DNA from: Octopus sinensis
Taxonomy: Eukaryota
Reading direction: 5' to 3'
DNA length: 64,000 bases
Assembly (NCBI RefSeq): GCF_006345805.1
Contig: NC_043000.1
Location: 79,794,001 to 79,858,000, forward strand
Shown here piece by piece: positions 53,560 through 64,000 of the stretch. Under the pieces are notes generated by a model. That model was not told the DNA's origin and made no database searches. It saw only the letters and a program-made list of their open reading frames with translations. Every line of letters begins with the position of its first letter. The first letter of the stretch is position 1. The translations under genes were made by a program, and so were the position numbers.

Positions 53560-56500
53560 AGGAGAAACAGGTCACACCATAAGCACTCTCTTAACATGTC
53601 TTTTTAGACCTCCAACTGAGAGGCACACCCTTCCACATTTTACAAATGTTCTGTTATAAATTTTAACAGCCACATCATTGTTTATCATGGGTTGATTTCT
53701 ATGACTCAAACACCTCTGCCCACAAACCACACACATAAAAAGTAACACTCTCTCACTCTCCACAGGTTTCCCCCTTTCTAAGCCCCCTCCTAATTATCTC
53801 ATACTTCACTCTCTCCCTCTCAAACTTTGAACAACCATCTTGCACTATCTTCCTCCAGCCATCACGGTCTTGTGCCTCCCTCTCCCAATTACCAGTTGCA
53901 ATTCCTGTCTGTATTAGAGCATTTTTAAGACAATCCTTAAACCTTAGTGTAGGCTTATGCACTGGTCTCCTGCAATCTTCCAGCTCACCATACAATAGCT
54001 GCTTGGGCAGTCACTCATCATTGATCCTTACCAAATTTCCTCCCACCTCACCTCAAATGTCTTTGCAAAATCATTGCCTCTATACTTCTACTGCCACCCC
54101 TGTCAAGCACCTCCACATTACCAATGGCCATTTTCTGGTTTATCCCCCAAATTTTTCTCAGACAGTATTGATGAAGTCATTTCAATTGCCTTACCTGCCT
54201 ACTGTAAACAACTCATGCCTCACTTCCATATAGCAAAGATGGGAGGATGCATGTGTTATATATCTTAACTTTAATTTGTCAAGATATATTATGTTGTTTC
54301 CACAGGCGCCTATCAAGCCTACCAAAAGCACTACTAACCCTGCTGTTTCTGTATGAAATTTCATCATCAAGATCAGCAGTGCTCAAGATACTTCCTAAAT
54401 AAATAAATTTAGGTAATAAATAAATCTCCAGCCTTTGACCATTCACAGTTATAAAAGGTTCCACATACATCTTGGAGGGAGTGGGCTGATACATTATAAC
54501 AGTTTTTTTAGATTGATTGTTAGACCCAATGCTGCACGTGCTGCAGAAATCGCATTCAGCATGTACTGCATATCTTTCTGAGAATGTACCAACAGGTCAC
54601 AGGTACAGAGTCTTTTGAGATTGAACAGTTTTCCTGTTGTCCTATATCTTATATAGACCCCTTCAGAGCAATCTTTAAAAGCTATTTGAAAAACTATTGC
54701 GAAATATATAGCAAACAGTGTAGGAGCAGGAATATCACCTTGCTTTACACCATTTCCTACAGAAATTGGATCTGATAAGGTACCTCCAGCATTAACTCTC
54801 ACTTCCATCTTGTCATGAAATTGTCTAAGCATTCTCACAAATTTTTCAGGGTATCCTAGCTTTTTTAGGATCTCCCAAAGTGCAATTCTATTGATAGAAT
54901 CAAACGCTTTTGTTAGGTCAGTGAAAACCTGGTATAAGTCCATATCCTGTTCGATGCACTTCTCTTGCAACTGTCTAGCTGAAAATATATTCATATTACT
55001 CCTACTATCCTTAAACCTGCATTGCAATTCTGGTAGAACCTCTTCAGCAATGTGCAGAAGCAATCTATCCAGCATTACCCTACAAAGGATCTTTCCAGCA
55101 AAAGGTAACAGACAGATGCTGCGATAATTATCAAAGACATCCTTTCCACCTTTAGATTTATATAGTATGTCCATAGTTGCATCATGCCTATCCGGAGGAA
55201 TCTCTTCTCTTTGCCAAACCCTCTGAATCACATCCGTCAACATTGCACAAAGATTATCACCACCATATTTATATATCTCTGCACATAGTCCATCCAGGGG
55301 CCTTTCCATTGTTCAATTTCCTGATTGCTGCTTTTATTTCACCCAGGTTTGGAACTTCTGCTGTAAGATGTTTTATTGGTCTCTCGGGTATATTATCAAG
55401 AAAAGAGAAATCAACTTTAGTAGGTCTATTGAGCAACTCATCAAAATGTTCTTTAGGATTTGTTAATAATTCTATGCCATCCTTGCTCTGAAGTAATGCT
55501 GCCTTTAATTAAAATGGTCCATAAACATTTTTCATGAGAGAGTAAACATGCTTGGAATTGTTAGCGTTTGAGGCTTCTTGGATTTCATCGTATCTATCAC
55601 TCCACCAATTTTCTTGCATCATCCATAGCTTTCTCTACACTGTTGCTTTTACTGCCTTGAAATATGTAACCACTTTCCTGTTCGCTGACATGTCAGCATT
55701 TTGCAACATGTTAAATGCCTTTCGCTTCTCCTCTAAGATAAGATTAACTTCATCATTATCGTCAAACCAATCTTGGTGTTTTTTTACAACAAAGCCAAGA
55801 ATGTTACAACAAATCTTGCACACTCTTTCTTTAAATGACTTCCAGCTTCCATCACTGGACAAATTATTTGTCTCACTCACAAACTCACTGCATACTGACA
55901 GAATCTTAAGTTTATTCACAGCAATCCGTTTAGGTAATTTGTCATTATTTGCTCTAACCTTAGGCTTGACAACAAAATTCACCTTGGCATGCAAAAGCCT
56001 ATGGTCATTCCAGCACTCTGCACCATGCATCACTCGTACAATAGCAAAGTCCCTCGTATTTCATTTCTTGGTGGGGATGTAATCCATATGATGCCATTTC
56101 TTAGAACCAGGGTGCATCCATGTCGTTTTGTACTTATTCTTTAGTTGAAACATTGTATTCATGACACACAAATCCATTTCTATGCACATTTATGACAGTA
56201 GCAAACCATTACTGTTGGAACTCCCAACCCCATGCTTCCCTGGGACACCCCAAGTCTCCCAATCTGCACCAACATGAGCATTAAGATCACCCAAAATGGC
56301 AACTTTGTCATCATGGGGGATACTGCGTATACTCTCTGTAAGTGATTGACGGCAAATTTATCATCCTCTGATGAATTCATAGTTGGAGCATATGAACTTA
56401 TAACTGTTACATAGCGACCTTTTCTTATTGGCAGCCTTAAAGACATTAAACAATCCGAATGACCACATGACAGTTCCTCAAATTTTGAAGCCAGAGTGGT

Positions 56501-56900
56501 TTTGATAGCAAATCCCACTTCTGATTCTCTCTTATAGGTCTCCTCTCTACCACTCCAACATAAACGACAGCCAGAAGATTTCTCTACGAAATTCCCCTTT
56601 CCATGAATTCTTGTTTCGGCTAATGCTACAACTTCCAAATCATATCACAGCAACTCTTTTGCAACAAGCGCGGATCTTCTCTCCTGACGAGATTTCAGAC
56701 AATCATTGTCTAATAACGTTCGAACATTCCAACATGCTATATTCATAGGCTTGCATCTTAATTTGAATTTACTCACAGCTGCAGGATGACGACTGGATCC
56801 AGGCTGTGGTGCCCTAGGATACCTGCTGGGCCAAACCACAGAACAAAATGTCCCAGAGACCTTTTTGCCATTTACTTCATTATCAATATGAACTTTCATT
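53560..56900 (-). mobile_element. Near-full-length decayed RTE/BovB-clade LINE (APE + RT + C-terminal zinc fingers)
   Basis: MNIACWNVRTL, VVALAETR, SYAPT, DGLCAEIYKYGG, FTDLTKAFDSINR, GVKQGDIPAPTLFAIYF and CGRVCLSVGGLKRH. Many stops and frameshifts. Confidence 0.93.
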
Positions 56901-57552
56901 GTTTAGATGTTCCTTTTTAAACTTCGACCAGCCATGTACATACAAGATGTCCATTTCTTTTTCCTCTCCAGCAATACCTGTGCTTGACATATTTTAAAGT
57001 GAGAAAAAGTTTTGCACAGCAACCATTCCCATTCTCTAAACTACAAAGTAAGATCCAAAAAGAAGAGCAAGTCAACATCATTGGGTGCATTTGCTGTCGC
57101 AGGTTTTATATCAGAGTGTCCTTCTCCCAGTCTTTGCCCAACCAAAGACAGCAGCGAAGTATTTAAATTCAGAGTTACTTTCTCCAAGATAGACTGCCTT
57201 CGCCATGGCTTGGGTAAACAGAGGACCTCTATTTACCCCTCATCTATTTAAAAAAAAAATTAAAATAAGAGAAATAAATACAAATTAAAAATTGGGATAA
57301 AAACTGAGTAAATTTTAAAATAAGATTGACATACAATATATACAATTTAAAAACACAATATACAATATCTACATACACCTGCTGAAATACAGTTATTTAC
57401 CATACAAACACAGAGCTTAAAATGCGAAATATACAATACACACACACTCCACAAACACACGTAGTTGAATGACTGTTGACTACTTTGTAGTTCCTCCGCT
57501 CTTTGACGGGTCTTATTTTTTGTCCCACAGGGTGTTCAACAAGCACCCCACC

Positions 57553-57603
<51 letters not shown>

Positions 57604-57664
57604 TGAATATACATATACATACATACATATATATGCATATATATACATATATATACACACACAT

Positions 57665-57725
<61 letters not shown>

Positions 57726-57861
57726 TATATATATATATGTATGCATATATATAAATGTATATATACACACACACATAAATATATATCTAGACACACACAC
57801 ACATATATATATATATATGTGTGTGTATATATATAAATATATGTATGTATAAATAAAGTGA

Positions 57862-58068
57862 TCTGGCGGAATCATTACTACACCCAGCAAAATCCTTAGC
57901 AGCATTTTGTCTGTGATCATGTTCTGAGTTCAAATTCTGCCGATGTTGACCTTGCCTTTCATCCTTTTTGGGTCAGTAAAATAAGTACCAATTGAGCTCT
58001 GGGGTTGATGTAATTGACTTAACATCTACCCCAAACTTGCTGGCCTTGTGCCAAAATTAGAAATCGAT
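57862..58068 (+). mobile_element. SINE family A copy
   Basis: gttctgagttcaaattctgccg...gcctttcatcctttttgggtcagtaaaataagtacc...gtgccaaaattagaaa. Confidence 0.8.
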
Positions 58069-58794
58069 ATATATATATATATATACATATATCTGTATAT
58101 ATTTATAGTTATGGCTGGTTCATAGGGTTACCCAGGGTTTTGCATCCATAAAGCACCTAGCTTCACATACATATAGATATATAGATATATATACACACAT
58201 ACATGTGCACACACATACAAATATCCTTACATATATGTGTAAGTTTCTTTACATATATGTGTGTGTGTGTGGTTGCATATGTGTGTATTTTTACACACAC
58301 ATGATGATTAGATATGGAAAATGAAGAAAACTTTCTCCAGGAGGAAAGGATCACCCTGAGAGTGAAGAAAATGTTTACAAATAGGAAAGGGAAGAGGAGA
58401 GACTTTATACAATATTTGGAAAGACATATGTATACCATTCTGTGTTTGTGTATGTATGTGTGTGTGTGCACGCATGTGAATGTTTACAATCTATGATGAG
58501 CTGTTATAGAGGATGACATCTTCATATTAGTGGAGCTGTAGGCAGTGATGCCAGTTCATGACTGGTCCATAACTGGTGATATTTGTTGACATTTCCTACC
58601 AACATATCCACTTTTAGCTCAGGACTTTTGAGTTCCTTTGAAATTAAAACTTCCTTACTTGTAAAAAGAGTTGGGGTTGGTGACACACCAGCTGCCACAT
58701 GTAAAAATTCTGTCTGTAATATCTCCTCAAATTCTTGCCAACAGGAAGAAATTGATGCTGCAATGCATATATGAGTAATGAATATGCGGATAAG

Positions 58795-58971
58795 TACACA
58801 CACACACACACACACACCCACATACATTTATAAATATATATGTATACACATGCCAAACCAGAATATAAACAAATTAATCTATCTATCTATCTATCTAACT
58901 CTCTTCCTCTCACTCTCCCCCTCTCTCTCTACATATATACACACATATATATGTATGTATGTGTGTATGTC

Positions 58972-59047
<76 letters not shown>

Positions 59048-59048
59048 A

Positions 59049-59084
<36 letters not shown>

Positions 59085-59203
59085 TAATATATATATATAT
59101 ATTATATATATTATATATTATATATATATACACACACATATATATACACACCCGCATATATATATATAAATATAGAAGATAGGCAAGATTTATATATATA
59201 TAT

Positions 59204-59235
<32 letters not shown>

Positions 59236-59307
59236 TATACACACACATATATATACACACACGCATATATATATAAATATAGAAGATAGGCAAGATTTAT
59301 ATATATA

Positions 59308-59386
<79 letters not shown>

Positions 59387-59431
59387 TATATACACACACG
59401 CATATATATATAAATATAGAAGATAGGCAAG

Positions 59432-59469
<38 letters not shown>

Positions 59470-59688
59470 TATACATATATACATACACACGCACACACAC
59501 ACACACACACACACAACACACACACACACACACACCCACATACATTTATAAATATATATGTATACACATGCCAAACCAGAAATAAACAAATTAATCTATC
59601 TATCTATCTATCTAACTCTCTTCCTCTCACTCTCCCCCTCTCTCTCTACATATATACACACATATATATGTATGTATGTGTGTATGTC

Positions 59689-59764
<76 letters not shown>

Positions 59765-59765
59765 A

Positions 59766-59801
<36 letters not shown>

Positions 59802-59920
59802 TAATATATATATATATATTATATATATTATATATTATATATATATACACACACATATATATACACACCCGCATATATATATATAAATATAGAAGATAGG
59901 CAAGATTTATATATATATAT

Positions 59921-59952
<32 letters not shown>

Positions 59953-60024
59953 TATACACACACATATATATACACACACGCATATATATATAAATATAGA
60001 AGATAGGCAAGATTTATATATATA

Positions 60025-60103
<79 letters not shown>

Positions 60104-60150
60104 TATATACACACACGCATATATATATAAATATAGAAGATAGGCAAGAT

Positions 60151-60184
<34 letters not shown>

Positions 60185-60201
60185 TATACATATATACATA
60201 C

Positions 60202-60259
<58 letters not shown>

Positions 60260-60285
60260 GTATATATAAGAGATAGTCAAGATTT
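58795..60285. repeat. Tandem duplication of about 718 bp with internal higher-order repeats
   Basis: cacacccacatacatttataaat...gccaaaccagaa at about 58813 and 59531. aaatatagaagataggcaagatt occurs six times. Confidence 0.9.
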
Positions 60286-61169
60286 ATATTACTTCCCACA
60301 ATAGTACAAATTTTGTCATCAAATATTTAAACATTGAGCAGGAACTCTTATTTGGTGTGATATTGTGAAATGCCAGTTTTGGTACCTATGGTTAATGGTT
60401 GTATTGATTGTGGTGGTTGTTGTGGGAACTAGTGGTGGTATTGGCAATGGTGGTATTGGTTATGGTGGTGATGGTATTGATAGTGATATTTGTAGTAGTG
60501 TTTGTTGTGATGGTACTGGTGGTGGTGGTGGTATATGAAATGATGTTGCTAATACTGTTAATTGTGGTGGTGATTGTGTAGTCGCCAAGTACATGGTGGC
60601 TGTTATGATTGTATAAGTGATAGATGAGGTGGTAGTGGTAGGGATGAGGTGATGGTAGTTACTACCAGCAATAACTATAACAATGGCACATACACCTACA
60701 ATCAGCACTCTGACTTGCTGGAAACAATAGTCAAAATTTCTCTAAGCACATCCTTAGTCTTTTAAAAAAGGGTACATTGGATAATGTAGTCTTAGGTGCA
60801 CTGTGATTTAAGAATGAACAGGATCATCGTAGCTGGAATGCCATTGAGCATAAATTTAGTGGATTAAAGCAGGCCTGGGGTTATGCTACACTAACATCTT
60901 GCCAATAAGAAAGCTTCTATATGGTCACACAACATGCTAGAAATAGCATCCAAATCACACCCTATTGTCTTAAAGAAGGAAATCATTGAATACTGTCATC
61001 CTAAGCATGTTTAAATATACTTGATAGTCATGACTGGAATGCCATTAGCAATAGGTCTGCATAAAGGTTGATCAAGGGTAAAACAACAACAAAAACAACA
61101 ACAAAAACAACAACAACAGCAACAGCAACAAACACACCACCATCACAAGCAAAACCGCTATCATCATCA

Positions 61170-61238
61170 CCGCCCACCGCCACCGCCGCCGCTACCGCCG
61201 CTACCGCCGCTGCCGCCGCTGCCGCCGCTACCGCCGCT

Positions 61239-61291
<53 letters not shown>

Positions 61292-61549
61292 TGCCGCCGC
61301 GCCGCCGCCGCCGCCGCTGCCGCCGCCGCCGCCGCTGCCGCCGCCGCCGCCGCGCCGCCGCCGCCGCCGCCGCGCCGCCGCTGCCGCCGCCGCTGCCGCC
61401 GCTGCCGCCGCTGCCACCGCTGCCGCCGCTGCCGCCGCTGCCGCCGCTGCCGCCGCCGCCGCTGCCGCCGCTGCCGCCGCTGCCGCGCCGCCGCCGCCGC
61501 TACCGCCGCCGCCGCCGCCGCTGCCGCCGCCGCCGCCGCTGCCGCCGCC

Positions 61550-61602
<53 letters not shown>

Positions 61603-61840
61603 GCCGCCGCCGCCGCTGACGCCGTTGCCGCCGCTGCCGCCGCTGCCGCCGCTACCGCCGCTGCCGCCGCGCCGCCGCCGCTGCCGCCGCTGCCGCCGCT
61701 TCCGCCGCTGCCGCCGCCGCCGCCGCGCTGCCGCCGCTGCCGCCGCTGCCGCTGCCGCCGCTGCCGCCGCTGCCGCCACCGCTGCCGCCGCCGCTGCCCG
61801 CCGCCGCCGCCGCCGCCGCCGCTCCCGCCGCCGCCACCAC
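61170..61840. repeat. (GCC)n/(GCT) trinucleotide tract, about 670 bp, extremely GC-rich
   Basis: Seen directly. It explains the poly-Ala/Pro/Arg ORFs. Confidence 0.95.
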
Positions 61841-63034
61841 CACCACGTTGACGACGATGACGACGACAACGACAACCACCACCACCACCACTACCTACCG
61901 CCAGTACTGCCCATACAAACCACTACTTTACCATCACCAGCATCAGCATCGCCTTCAGTACCAGCATCACCACCACCACAGCTCTAGCAGCAGCAGCACC
62001 ATCACCACCATCATCACTACCACTTCCATTATCACCAATGTTATAAACCAACAACCCCCCTGCACCACCTATAGCTACCATGAACACTCTTAACATTACT
62101 GTCACCACCTCATCACACTCACACACACACACACACACAAACACACACACGCACACACAAAGTGATACAAACTTATTTAGAACACAGGCTATTCTGAGTT
62201 TGCTGCTCAATTAAACATTGAACATTTGTACTGTAAAAGAGATTGTATTACTTTATCATATATTTCACTGTGTACTGCAAACTCTATTTTTGTTTACATA
62301 ATATTTATACAACATCGTTATCATCATTGGCGCCATCACTGCCACCATTACCACTGACACCACCACTACTACAGCCACCATAACGCCACCACTGCCACCA
62401 CTACCACCAATGCCACTATCACAATCGCCGCCATCACCACTGCCATCATCACCACCGCCACTGCCACCATCACCACTACCACCACCGTCACTACTGCCAC
62501 CACTGCTACTGCCACCACTGCAACTGCTACCATCACCTCTGCCATCGTTGCCCCTGTCACCATTGCCACTGTCACTATTGCCACCACAACCATCGCCTCC
62601 ACCACCATCACCACTGCCACCATCACCTCCGCCATCATCATCATCATCATCACCACCACCACCACTGCTGCTGTCACCACTACCATCACCACCACCACCA
62701 TCATCATCCTCATCCTCTTCATTGTTAAAGCATTTCACTTTTCCATGCTTGCATGGGCTGGATGAAATTTGTTGAGGCAAATTATCTAAGACCTGTTGCT
62801 TCTGTTACTAACCCTCACCTATTTCTAAGCACGCTTACAATCTTGCATGTCCTTGTGTTAATATATTCACTAAAAATAAAGATATTGAAATAGGCATCTG
62901 TAGACAATGGTAAATGAAACAACAATATAGAATACTTAACTTTAACTAGATTTGAACCTTTATCCTATTCCTGTATCTCATATCCCCACTAGCAATATAT
63001 CAAAAAACAATTGCTCGTTTTGCGATTAGTCAGT

Positions 63035-63470
63035 CATCATCATCATCATCATTGTTTAATGTCCGCTTTCCATGCTAGCATGGTTTGGACAATTTGATTG
63101 AGGTCTGGTGAACCAGATGGCTGCACCAGGCTCCAATCTGATCTGGCAGAGTTTCTACAGCTGGATGCCCTTCTTAACGCCAACCACTCTGAGAGTGTAG
63201 TGGGTGCTTTTACATGCCACCGGCACAAGGGCCACTCAGGTGGTACAGGCAACAGCCATGCTCAAGTTGTGCTTTTTATGTGCCAACTGCACAGGAGCCA
63301 GTCCAGCGGCACTGGAAACGACCTCACTTGAATATTTTTTCCCGTGCCACCAGCACAAGTGCTAGTAAGGTGACACAGGTAACAATCATGCTTGAATGGT
63401 GTTTTTTATGTGGCACCAGCATGGAAACCAGTTTGTTGCTCTGGCAACGATCACACTCAGATGGTGCACT
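63035..63470 (-). mobile_element. RTE 3' UTR or family D copy with diverged tandem units
   Basis: (CAT)n tail followed by the reverse complement of 43280-43460 and degenerate repeat units. Confidence 0.75.
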
Positions 63471-63679
63471 CAAATATGTATTAGTGACAGAGTTAGTATT
63501 AATACCAAGAGGTAATATTTATTCTCACTTAAATGTGAATGTTCTGTTAGAACAAGCTATACTGCAGTAGATACCATGAGAGAAACTCTCATGTAGGCTT
63601 TGGTACTAAATGCACTTTTGTTTGTATCACTGGCAGGGAGATAAATCACCACGAAAAAGAAGTCCAGTTCTATATTTAA

Positions 63680-63846
63680 GAGATCAGGAATTATGTACAT
63701 TATTTACATTATTTACAATTGATGGATATTTGTCCTCATCTTGTTTGTTGTTAACTCAACATTTCGGTTGATATACCCTCCAGCTTTCTTAATGTGTCTT
63801 GGGGAAATTTCGAACCTAGGTTCTCATTCTTAAGGTATTTTTTTGA

Positions 63847-63903
<57 letters not shown>

Positions 63904-63997
63904 CATTATTATTATTATTATTATTATTCAGGTCACTGACTGGAATCAAACTTGGAATCTTGGGGTTAGTACCCCATGCTCTTAACCACTACGCCAT
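63680..63997 (-). mobile_element. tRNA-headed SINE with internal (AAT)n and a decayed HHR-like 3' body
   Basis: A-box tggcgtagtgg (63996-86), B-box-like gtttgattcc (63951-42), (AAT)n, then acac-attaaga-aagctg..caacc-gaaa-tg-tt-gagt. Confidence 0.6.
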
Positions 63998-64000
63998 ATA

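Noticed and set aside
58522-58800. Minus-strand ORF (WQEFEEILQTEFLHVAAG...) as an exon
   Set aside because: I see no recognisable domain or convincing splice signals and cannot support it without a search.
61028-61987. Poly-Ala/Pro/Arg ORFs as a real protein
   Set aside because: They are open in many frames because of the (GCC)n repeat and show no domain or splice evidence.

Overview
This is AT-rich, microsatellite-saturated animal genomic DNA, probably from an octopus (inferred from SINE families and repeat content). Most long ORFs in the track are translations of microsatellites. The window is mostly intronic or intergenic. It holds one well-formed exon (26652-26810, resembling the N-terminal coiled coil of kinesin KIF25) and a possible second exon. 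The rest is decayed mobile DNA: Penelope-like elements (PLEs, Naiad-type GIY-YIG), RTE and R4/Dong LINEs, Tc1/mariner transposons, Helitron-like elements, a Gypsy fragment and many tRNA-derived SINEs. The most notable unannotated signal is a dense set of minimal type-I hammerhead ribozyme (HHR) motifs from several sequence families. They lie in palindromic non-coding inserts within (TA)n tracts, in PLE 3' ends, and possibly in a tRNA-headed SINE. Together they suggest a retrozyme-like, PLE-mobilised system. Coordinates of decayed repeats are approximate and no database searches were run.
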